From Pseudomonadota bacterium (lineage in GTDB: Bacteria > Desulfobacterota > S145-22), in NCBI GenBank assembly GCA_015493505.1, contig WGDA01000153.1:1962-65961 (forward strand): a stretch of 64,000 bases of DNA, given 5' to 3'. This document shows positions 1 through 7,791 of this stretch, piece after piece; the first letter of the stretch is position 1, and the number at the start of each line of letters is the position of its first letter. The notes beneath the pieces were generated by a model that searched no databases, had not been told where the DNA came from, and was given only the letters and a program-made list of their open reading frames with translations. A program made the translations under genes and the position numbers.

Positions 1-34
1 GAATTTGGCGAAGCCAAAATATTCAACCGGGATG

Positions 35-215
35 AAATCTCGCGAAGCGAATCGGCAAAGCCGATTTAACCCCAGTACCATCTTCAAGAGCTACGGGGCA
101 GGCAGGGTGAATCATTGCAGCGACCTTCAAGGTCGCCTCATTCCTCACGAATTGCGCTCCTTGAACTTGAAGCTTTTTACTTTGCCTTCTCATTCTGACT
201 TTTTGCGAATACATT
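35..215 (+). repeat. Copy 1 of a ~150-bp structured intergenic repeat (element B 35-70, element A 103-215)
   Basis: Element B is aaatctcgcgaagcgaatcggcaaagccgatttaac, containing two short hairpins (tcgc-gaa-gcga and cggc-aaa-gccg). Element A contains the perfect hairpin gcgacc-ttcaa-ggtcgc. A ~95% identical copy lies in inverted orientation at 43520-43687. Confidence 0.6.
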
Positions 216-288
216 ATTTAAGGGAGTTTCGCTTTTTTCCTTGAGAAGGTTTCCGCGTGAAATAATTTTTGCTCCAACGCTGAAGCGC

Positions 289-316
289 TTGACAAGATAC
301 GTGCGTTTGTTATAAT
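289..316 (+). promoter_or_regulatory. Sigma70-type promoter (TTGACA, 16-nt spacer, TATAAT) upstream of the acyl-CoA dehydrogenase gene
   Basis: Perfect -35 TTGACA at 289-294 and perfect -10 TATAAT at 311-316, about 110 nt upstream of the RBS/ATG at 427. Confidence 0.55.
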
Positions 317-426
317 TTGCACAAGGTATGGAACATGCGGTTAGAGATGTGTCAAATACGTCTAAAAAAGAGCTTTTTGTTTGGATAATCAACTTAACGA
401 ACGTTTAACCAAAAAAGGAGGATTGT

Positions 427-1599
427 ATGGATTTTGAACTTGACGATGAATTAAAGGCAATGCGCACCATGGCCCGTAACTTCGGGGAGCGGAAGATCCG
501 CCCGACCATGGAAGAGGACGAAAAAGAACACCGTTTTCGCCGGGAAATCGTGGAGGATATGGCCCGTCAGGGATTTTTTGGGTGTATCGCCCCGGAGGAA
601 TTCGGCGGAAACGACGCCGGGTTCATGGGCGCCACCATCATGTGCGAGGAGATCGCCCGCGTCAGCCCGTCCTGGGGGTTGCCCTTCAACCTTCAGATGA
701 TGGGGATGCAGACCGTCCTGATGAATTACGGAAACGATGAGCAGAAGGCTGCTTTCTATCCGGGGCTGGTGGAGGCAAAAACCCTGGGCGCCTTTGCCAT
801 TACGGAGCCGAACAGCGGTTCTGACGTGGCGGGAATGGGCACCACGGCGACGGAAACGGACGATGGTTTCCTGTTGAACGGCACCAAGACCTGGATTTCC
901 GGAATTCCCGTTGCTGACGTGGCGGTGACTTTCGCCTACACGGACAAGAGCAAAAAGCACCGGGGCATTTCCGCCTTTTTGATCGAGGACATGCACGCGG
1001 AGGGGATCGAGCAGATCCCCATCGAGACGAAGCTGGGCCTGTATTGCGCCCCCACAGGTGAGATTTCTTTTCAGGACGCCTTTGTGCCCAAGAAAAACCT
1101 CGTGGGTGAGTTGGGCCAGGGCTTCAAGATCTGTATGAACATGCTGGACAACACCCGCCTGAGCTCCGCGTCCCGTGCCGTGGGTGTCGGCCAGGCCCTG
1201 ATCGAATACTGTGTCCAGTACGCCAATGAGCGGACCCAGTTCGGCGTTCCTATCGGGAAATTCCAGATGATTCAGCAGCAGATTGCCGACATGTATGTCG
1301 AGCACGAAGCTGCCAAGCTGTTGGTGTATCGCTCCGCGGCGGAAAAAGACAAACAGTGGCGCGAGACAGGAAAGGTCTTCAAAACCACACTGAACACCTC
1401 CGTGGCGAAGCTCTACGCGGCAGAGGCGGCCGTGCACGCGGCGAATATTGCCATGAAGATCTATGGCTCTTACGGATTTTCCACGGAGTATCCCGTGGAG
1501 CGTTACTACCGGGATTCCAAGACGTATCAGATTGTCGAGGGAACCAGCAATATTCAGAAGGTGATTATCGCGGGGTTTGCCCTGGGATACAGAAAGTAA
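427..1599 (+). CDS. Acyl-CoA dehydrogenase (FAD-dependent; possibly acting on cyclohexane/cyclohexene-carboxyl-CoA)
   Basis: 390 aa with ACAD-family motifs (GGNDAGFMGATIMCEE, TEPNSGSD, YGSYGFSTEYPVERYYRD). RBS aaaaaggagg lies upstream. Clustered with Oah/Had-like genes. Confidence 0.85.
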   Translation: MDFELDDELKAMRTMARNFGERKIRPTMEEDEKEHRFRREIVEDMARQGFFGCIAPEEFGGNDAGFMGATIMCEEIARVSPSWGLPFNLQMMGMQTVLMNYGNDEQKAAFYPGLVEAKTLGAFAITEPNSGSDVAGMGTTATETDDGFLLNGTKTWISGIPVADVAVTFAYTDKSKKHRGISAFLIEDMHAEGIEQIPIETKLGLYCAPTGEISFQDAFVPKKNLVGELGQGFKICMNMLDNTRLSSASRAVGVGQALIEYCVQYANERTQFGVPIGKFQMIQQQIADMYVEHEAAKLLVYRSAAEKDKQWRETGKVFKTTLNTSVAKLYAAEAAVHAANIAMKIYGSYGFSTEYPVERYYRDSKTYQIVEGTSNIQKVIIAGFALGYRK

Positions 1600-1677
1600 G
1601 TAACCATAAATTACGGATGGTCATCCATGGGGAAGCGTTGACTCTCCATGGATGGCTATTGCCTGAAAAGGTGGGGT

Positions 1678-2439
1678 ATGATGGCAGGAAAACTGGAAGG
1701 TAAAGTAGCGGTTGTCACGGGGAGCAGCCGGGGCGTAGGCCGTTCCGTGGCTCTGGCGTTTGGCCGGGAAGGGGCCAACGTGGTGGTCAACTACTCCCGG
1801 AGCGAGGGCGCGGCCCAGGAGGTTGTCAAGCAGATCGAGGAGATGGGCCGAAAGGCGATCGCCGTCAAGGCAGACGTTTCCAAACGGGATGACGCCCAGG
1901 CCCTGCTCAAGGCGGCGGGAGACACCTTCGGGAAAGTGGATATCCTGGTCAACAACGCGGGGATTACCCGCCCCGCCATGATGCATAAGATGACGGAAGA
2001 ACAGTGGGACGCGGTGGTGGACCTTCACATGAAGGGCACCTTCCTCTGCGCCCAGGCGGCTTACCCCTATTTCAAGGAACAGCAATCCGGAAGAATCATC
2101 AACGTGACATCCGTGGCGGGGATCGTGGGAACCGTGGGACAGATCAATTACAGCGCCGCGAAGGGTGGGATTATCGCCATGACCAAGTCCATGGCCCGTG
2201 AGCTCGCCCGGTACCAGGTCTGCGCCAATGTCATCTCGCTGGGGATTGTGGCCACCGAGATGACGGAGAAGATCCGGACGGATCCGAAGCTGAAAGAGAT
2301 TTACATGAACCGGATCCTGCTGAAGAAATTTGCGGAGCCGGACCACATTACGCCCGCGTTTGTTTTTCTCGCGTCGGATGAGGCGGGGTACATCACCGGG
2401 CAACTGCTCTGCGTGGATGGCGGCTACGGGATGATTTAG
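1678..2439 (+). CDS. Short-chain dehydrogenase/reductase (FabG-like 3-oxoacyl reductase family)
   Basis: Contains GKVAVVTGSSRGVG (Rossmann TGxxxGxG), NNAG, and the catalytic YSAAK motif. Start is taken at the internal ATG after an RBS; the ORF track starts at 1648. Confidence 0.85.
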   Translation: MMAGKLEGKVAVVTGSSRGVGRSVALAFGREGANVVVNYSRSEGAAQEVVKQIEEMGRKAIAVKADVSKRDDAQALLKAAGDTFGKVDILVNNAGITRPAMMHKMTEEQWDAVVDLHMKGTFLCAQAAYPYFKEQQSGRIINVTSVAGIVGTVGQINYSAAKGGIIAMTKSMARELARYQVCANVISLGIVATEMTEKIRTDPKLKEIYMNRILLKKFAEPDHITPAFVFLASDEAGYITGQLLCVDGGYGMI

Positions 2440-2548
2440 ATGCGGGTAAAAGGGTGAAGGGTGAAGAGGGAATGAGTCAATACCTAATTTAACCCTTCTT
2501 CTTATAACCTTTCAACCTTTAACCTTCTTACAAAAGGAGGGATTGAAA

Positions 2549-3655
2549 ATGGCTGAGGTACCAAAAGAGATATTGACCTGGCAGATGGTCCAGCCGACCA
2601 TCAAGAACCGGGAAACGGGAGAGGTGACGCCGGGGAAACTGGAAAAAAAGGCGATTCCCGTTCCCGAATTGAAAGAGGGGGAAGTCCTTGTCGAGATCGC
2701 CGGTTGTGGCGTCTGCCATACCGATCTGGGCTACTTTTACGATGGCGTGCCGACGGTGAACAAACCCCCGCTGACTTTAGGGCATGAGATCTCCGGGACC
2801 GTCGTGGCGGGTGACGAGGCGTGGATCGGGAAAGAGGTGATTATCCCCGCCGTCATGCCGTGCCGGAAATGCTACATGTGCAAGATTGGCCGCGGGAACC
2901 GATGCCTGGATCAGAAGATGCCCGGAAATAGCCTGGGAATCTATGGGGGCTTTTCCAGCCACATCCCGGTGCCCTCCATCGACCTGTGCGAGATCAAGGA
3001 CCGGGGAGATATTCCTCTGTCGCACCTGGCAGTCATCGCGGACGCGGCCACGACTCCCTTCCAGGCGTCGAAGCGCGCCGATCTCCAGCCGGGAGACAAC
3101 GTGGTCGTCGTCGGGATTACCGGCGGTGTGGGCCAGTACATGGGGCAGATCGCCAAGGCCCTGGGCGCCAAGACCGTCGTGGGAATTGCCCGGAACAAGG
3201 AAAAGCTGGAAAGGGCCCTGAAGTTTGGCGCGGATTTCGTCATCAATTCCACGGACAAGGACGCACGCGCGGTCTCCAAGGAATTTCGCGCATTGTGCAA
3301 GGAAAATGGCCTGCCCAATTACGGCTGGAAGATTTTTGAGGTGACGGGGACAAGGCCTGGGCAGGATATCGCCCTCTCCCTATTGAGTTTCATTGGGAAA
3401 CTCATCGTGGTCGGGTTTGGCCTGGCCAAAAACGAGTACAGCATTTCACGCCTGATGGCCTTCGACGCGGAAATCATCGGAACATGGGGATGCCTGCCCG
3501 AATACTATCCGATCGTGCTGGATATGGTTCTGACGGGGAAGATCAATATTGAAAACTTTGTGGACCCCCGCCCCATGAGCACGATCGCCGAGGCGTTTGA
3601 GGAGGCTCATCGGACACCGCCGGTCAAGCGGATCGTCCTGGAGCCTGACTTCTAA
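2549..3655 (+). CDS. Zn-dependent medium-chain alcohol dehydrogenase; candidate 6-hydroxycyclohex-1-ene-1-carbonyl-CoA dehydrogenase (Had/BamQ-like)
   Basis: Contains GCGVCHTD zinc-binding signature, a GHE motif, and a Rossmann segment VVVVGITGGVGQ. Sits immediately upstream of the Oah/BamA-like gene. RBS aaaaggaggg precedes the ATG at 2549. Confidence 0.7.
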   Translation: MAEVPKEILTWQMVQPTIKNRETGEVTPGKLEKKAIPVPELKEGEVLVEIAGCGVCHTDLGYFYDGVPTVNKPPLTLGHEISGTVVAGDEAWIGKEVIIPAVMPCRKCYMCKIGRGNRCLDQKMPGNSLGIYGGFSSHIPVPSIDLCEIKDRGDIPLSHLAVIADAATTPFQASKRADLQPGDNVVVVGITGGVGQYMGQIAKALGAKTVVGIARNKEKLERALKFGADFVINSTDKDARAVSKEFRALCKENGLPNYGWKIFEVTGTRPGQDIALSLLSFIGKLIVVGFGLAKNEYSISRLMAFDAEIIGTWGCLPEYYPIVLDMVLTGKINIENFVDPRPMSTIAEAFEEAHRTPPVKRIVLEPDF

Positions 3656-3682
3656 CCCCAAAAAAACAAAGGAGGACAAACT

Positions 3683-4813
3683 ATGGCATTAGATTGGTTA
3701 CCCAGAGACAACAACATCAAGAACCACGCGATCTACGGAGACGAGCATTTCGGAACCGAGCCCCCCTGCACCATGTATGAATTGAGGCCCATTGTGGATC
3801 CCAACGGGAACGAGGTGGAAGGGCTCTATACGGCGTGGATCATCCTGAACAACCCGCGGCAGTACAATTCCTATACCACCGAGATGGTCAAGGGCGTCAT
3901 CGCGGGCTTCCAGAAGGCGTCTTCCGACCGGCGCGTCGTCGCGGCCATCTTCACGGGCGTGGGCGATAAGGCCTTCTGCACCGGCGGCAACACGAAGGAA
4001 TACGCTGAATACTACACGAAACGGCCCCAGGAATACGCCGATTACATGGACCTGTTCAACGCGATGGTTGATTCTATTCTGATGTGCAAGAAGCCGGTTA
4101 TCTGCCGCGTCAACGGGATGCGCGTGGCGGGCGGTCAGGAGATCGGCATGGCGTGTGACCTGGCGGTTTCTTCCGACCTGGCCATCTTCGGACAGGCGGG
4201 ACCACGGCATGGTTCCGCACCGGATGGCGGTTCCTCCGACTTCCTGCCGTGGTACCTTGGCATCGAGGACGCCATGTGGAACTGTGTCTCTTGTGAGATG
4301 TGGAGTTCCTACAAGATGAAGCGCCTGGGCCTCATCTCCAAGGTGGCGCCGGTTCTGAAGAAGGATGGCAAGTTCATCCGCAACCCGCTCGTCATTATCG
4401 ATAAGTACATCGATGACGGCGAGATCGTTTACGGTGAGTTCAAGTCTGGCGAAGAGGCCAAAGAGGCACGCGCCATGATCAAGGAGCTGCCCACCGACTT
4501 CGAGCTGGTGGACAAAGAGGTCAACAAGATTGTCTGGACCTTCACGAACCTGATGCCCCACTGTCTGATGAAATCCATCGACAGCGTCCGGGCGAAGAAG
4601 AAATTCTTCTGGGATCAGATGAAGCTCCCCAACAGGCATTGGCTGGCCGCGAACATGAACTACGAGGCCTACATGGGCTTCAATGCCTTCAACACCAAGA
4701 AGATTACGGGCAAAGACACCATAGATTTCATCCGCTACCGCCAGTTGGTGGCAGAGGCGCGCGAACTCAACGACGAGTTCTACGAAGAGATCTTTGCCAA
4801 ACCCCAGAAATAA
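3683..4813 (+). CDS. bamA: 6-oxocyclohex-1-ene-1-carbonyl-CoA hydrolase (ring-cleaving crotonase-family enzyme, Oah/BamA-like)
   Basis: 376-aa crotonase-fold protein with the extended C-terminal region typical of Oah/BamA. Motifs include AAIFTGVGDKAFCTGGN and VNGMRVAGGQEIGMACDL. RBS aaaggagga precedes the start. I recognise it as the anaerobic benzoyl-CoA pathway marker BamA. Confidence 0.75.
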   Translation: MALDWLPRDNNIKNHAIYGDEHFGTEPPCTMYELRPIVDPNGNEVEGLYTAWIILNNPRQYNSYTTEMVKGVIAGFQKASSDRRVVAAIFTGVGDKAFCTGGNTKEYAEYYTKRPQEYADYMDLFNAMVDSILMCKKPVICRVNGMRVAGGQEIGMACDLAVSSDLAIFGQAGPRHGSAPDGGSSDFLPWYLGIEDAMWNCVSCEMWSSYKMKRLGLISKVAPVLKKDGKFIRNPLVIIDKYIDDGEIVYGEFKSGEEAKEARAMIKELPTDFELVDKEVNKIVWTFTNLMPHCLMKSIDSVRAKKKFFWDQMKLPNRHWLAANMNYEAYMGFNAFNTKKITGKDTIDFIRYRQLVAEARELNDEFYEEIFAKPQK

Positions 4814-4825
4814 CCTTCAACCCGC

Positions 4826-4863
4826 GTGTGGCCCGGGTCTTGTGGCTCGGGCCACACTTTTAT
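4826..4863 (+). terminator. Rho-independent terminator/attenuator between the bamA-like gene and the M24 peptidase gene
   Basis: gtgtggcccg - ggtcttgtggct - cgggccacac forms a 10-bp GC-rich stem, followed by ttttat. Confidence 0.5.
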
Positions 4864-4870
4864 CCGCGTG

Positions 4871-6076
4871 ATGCACGGTTATCACCTCGTCCCGAAAAAA
4901 GAAGTCAGGCAGCGTGTCGCCCGCCTCCAGGAAGCCCTCAGGGAGCATCGAATAGAGGCGTCCCTTTGGATTCAGAAGATGGATGTCTTCTATCTGACGG
5001 GAACCTTGCAGCGTTCTTATCTCTTTGTTCCCGCGAACGGTGATCCCCTCCACCTCATCAAGAAGGATTTCAGCCGGGGCGCGCGGGAATCCGGAATCGA
5101 CCGGAAAGTGCCTATCCGGTCCCGGAAGGAGATCCCCGCGGCCATACGCGAGCATTATGGGAAACTCCCCGCGACCCTGGGGCTGGAAGGGGACGTGCTC
5201 CCCTTTCAAGAATGGCAGGTGATGGCGGAGATGTTTAGTAACAGCCGCCTGATGGATGTCTCCCCGTTATTGCTCCGCCAACGTTCGGTCAAGTCTCCCT
5301 ACGAGATTGCCATCATGGAAAAGGCGGGGCGCGTGGGACGGCAGGTCTATGAGCACGGCCGGAAGATCCTGAAGGAAGGCATGACGGAGATCGCCTTCGC
5401 GGGAGAGATGATGGCCAAGGCCTTCGCCCTCGGACATGAGGGGCTGTTGCGGATGCGTTCCCTGAATGATGAATCCTACTGCTGGCACATCCTGAGTGGG
5501 GCGAGCGGGGGAATCGTCAGCTATATCAACGCGCCGATGGGCGGGCTGGGCCTGTCTCCCGCCTTCCCCGTGGGGGCCTCGCGGAAAGCCATCCGCCGTC
5601 ACGAGCCCATCATGGTCGATTTCGGCATCTGCCTCCAGGGCTATCAGATCGATGAGACCCGCATGTTCTGCGTGGGGGCGCTGCCGAAGCGTTACTGGGA
5701 TCTCTATCGTTCCATCGTCCGGATTCATCACGCCATCCTCGGGGCCACGCGACCGGGTGTCCGGGGCAGGGACCTCTTTGAGATGGGTCTGGAGGTGGCG
5801 GAAAAGGAGAGAATTTCGGATATCTACCTCGGCCCTCCCGGTAACAAGGTCAGTTTCGTGGGACACGGCATCGGCCTGGAGATCAACGATCTCCCCTTCA
5901 TCGCAAAACGGGATGAAACTCCGCTGAAGGAGGGAATGACCTTCGCTCTGGAGCCCAAGCTGGTCCTCGAGGGGGAAGCAGCCATCGGGATCGAGGATAC
6001 GGTCGTGGTAACCCGGGACGGGGTTCGCCGCCTGACACCGCTGAGACAGACCGTTTTCCACGCGGCGGGCCATTAA
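4871..6076 (+). CDS. M24-family metallopeptidase (Xaa-Pro aminopeptidase/creatinase-type)
   Basis: Creatinase-type N-terminal domain plus a pita-bread C-terminal domain (HGIGLEINDLPFI, EDTVVVT). Start is set at the ATG after the terminator; the ORF-track GTG start at 4826 lies inside the hairpin stem. Confidence 0.75.
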   Translation: MHGYHLVPKKEVRQRVARLQEALREHRIEASLWIQKMDVFYLTGTLQRSYLFVPANGDPLHLIKKDFSRGARESGIDRKVPIRSRKEIPAAIREHYGKLPATLGLEGDVLPFQEWQVMAEMFSNSRLMDVSPLLLRQRSVKSPYEIAIMEKAGRVGRQVYEHGRKILKEGMTEIAFAGEMMAKAFALGHEGLLRMRSLNDESYCWHILSGASGGIVSYINAPMGGLGLSPAFPVGASRKAIRRHEPIMVDFGICLQGYQIDETRMFCVGALPKRYWDLYRSIVRIHHAILGATRPGVRGRDLFEMGLEVAEKERISDIYLGPPGNKVSFVGHGIGLEINDLPFIAKRDETPLKEGMTFALEPKLVLEGEAAIGIEDTVVVTRDGVRRLTPLRQTVFHAAGH

Positions 6077-6100
6077 AGAAGCGCCCGAATCCCCTGCTTT

Positions 6101-7654
6101 TTATTCTTTTTTCTTCATTCCTGACAGGATGACTTTTATCAGGATGCCAGCCATGAAGAGAAGGCAGAGAAGGAGGAAGAGATTCCCGTATCGCTCGTAA
6201 AAGGTGGGGGGACCCTGCCTCAGGCGTACGACACCCCGGATAAAGCCTTCACTCTGCAGAGGCATCTTTACAAGGGTCCGTCCCGTGGGGCCGATGATTC
6301 CGGAAATGCCCGTTCCGGTGGCGCGGATGAGGTAACATCTCTCCTCCACGGCACGGTAGGCGCTTAAGCGGTAGTGCTGATATGGTCCCGGGGTGCGGCC
6401 AAACCAGGCATCGTTGGTGATGTTGACCAGCAGCCGGGCCCCATGCCGGACGAGCGCCCTGGAAAGGTCTGGGAAGATACCCTCAAAGCAGATGGTTACG
6501 CCAATCGGGCCGAATCCTGATTCAAGGGGCCTGATGACCTTTCCCGGTGTAAAGTCCTCTTCCGTTCCCACGATATTCTTCGCGAAGGGGAGCCACCGCC
6601 GAAGGGGGACGTACTCACCGAAAGGGACGAGGCGGACCTTGTCGTACCGCCCCAGGACTTTCCCGTTTCTCGAGAGCAGGTAGGCGCTGTTATGATAAAT
6701 GGTTTTGCCGGCTATCACGTCATAGGAAGTAGCGCCGAAGATCAGCATAAAGTGGTCCCGACGGGCCAGGTCCACCACCCGCTGGAAGAGGTTCGGTTCA
6801 TTCTGGATGTAAAACGTGAGTGCCGCCTCAGGCCAGACGACGAGATCAGGTTGAAAGCCGCTCACGGCCTGCCCGGAGATGCGAAGGTACCGTTTCAGCC
6901 CCTTGAGCTCCCAGGACGGTTTCCACTTGACGGATTGATCGATGTCCGGCTGGACGAGACAGACCTTCACTGTTTTCCAGGCGCGAATCTCTTTGAGCAC
7001 CCTTGGGATGCGCGTGTACCCATACCCCCAGACGACGATCATGAGAAGGCAGAGGAAAATGAGCTGGGCGAAGGCGGCGGGGGTTCGCTTTTCCCTGCTG
7101 TCGAGCCAGATTCTGAAGATGAGATAGTTGACGAGATAGATAAGGAATCCCAGGCCGTAAATCCCAGTAATATCCACGATTTGGGACAGAATTAAGTGGG
7201 GTGGCAAAGCCATTTCGAGCCCGCCCCACGGGAACCGGATCAGGGGAAGCCCACGGATGTACTCGATGAGCGTTGCCGCGAAGGGGAAGAGATAGGTGCA
7301 TTTCCAGCGATTCAGGAAGACATAAGTGACTCCCATCATTCCCCAGTAGAGGGAGAGGTACAGGATAAACAGCAAGGTCAGGGCCGCGGCGCCCCAGATC
7401 GGGAGGCCGCCGTACCGGTAAACGGAGACGCTGATCCAGTACATGGTGGTTGAAACGTGGATGACCCCCACGTAAAAACCTGACAGGAAGCCCTTCTTTA
7501 AGGAAGATTGCCAGTGCAGCAGGATGAAAAAAGGGATGAGGGCCAGCCAGATAAAGCCGTAATATCCGATAGGGGGAAAGGAGACGGTGAGCAGCGTGCC
7601 GGTCAGGGCGATCAGTGCCCATTCTCTTAAAAACTTTTTCCCCTTTTCTTTCAT
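6101..7654 (-). CDS. lnt: Apolipoprotein N-acyltransferase
   Basis: 517 aa. N-terminal multi-TM region followed by a CN-hydrolase domain, with the architecture typical of Lnt. Confidence 0.85.
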   Translation of the reverse strand: MKEKGKKFLREWALIALTGTLLTVSFPPIGYYGFIWLALIPFFILLHWQSSLKKGFLSGFYVGVIHVSTTMYWISVSVYRYGGLPIWGAAALTLLFILYLSLYWGMMGVTYVFLNRWKCTYLFPFAATLIEYIRGLPLIRFPWGGLEMALPPHLILSQIVDITGIYGLGFLIYLVNYLIFRIWLDSREKRTPAAFAQLIFLCLLMIVVWGYGYTRIPRVLKEIRAWKTVKVCLVQPDIDQSVKWKPSWELKGLKRYLRISGQAVSGFQPDLVVWPEAALTFYIQNEPNLFQRVVDLARRDHFMLIFGATSYDVIAGKTIYHNSAYLLSRNGKVLGRYDKVRLVPFGEYVPLRRWLPFAKNIVGTEEDFTPGKVIRPLESGFGPIGVTICFEGIFPDLSRALVRHGARLLVNITNDAWFGRTPGPYQHYRLSAYRAVEERCYLIRATGTGISGIIGPTGRTLVKMPLQSEGFIRGVVRLRQGPPTFYERYGNLFLLLCLLFMAGILIKVILSGMKKKE

Positions 7655-7791
7655 GCGTCCGTTTTTAACATAAATACCCCGCTAAAAAAAACACCTTCTT
7701 GACACGTGGATGGCAACCCTTTAAGAATATAAGTCAAGGTCAGGCATGAAATACGATCATTTTAATCAAGCCACCCGCGGGGCACGCAAAC

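Noticed and set aside
5-244. 79-aa ORF resembling the 84-aa ORF at 43448..43702 on the opposite strand
   Set aside because: The similarity comes from the inverted DNA repeat. Substitutions are not codon-position biased, and the hairpin content points to a non-coding element.
451-1437. 328-aa ORF on the minus strand, antisense to the acyl-CoA dehydrogenase gene
   Set aside because: It is fully embedded antisense in a well-supported CDS. Its G/R/A/H/L-rich low-complexity translation is typical of spurious GC-rich antisense frames.
4826-4870. GTG start at 4826 for the M24 peptidase (from the ORF track)
   Set aside because: The first 35 nt form the stem-loop of a terminator-like hairpin. The ATG at 4871 follows it and begins where M24 N-terminal homology starts.
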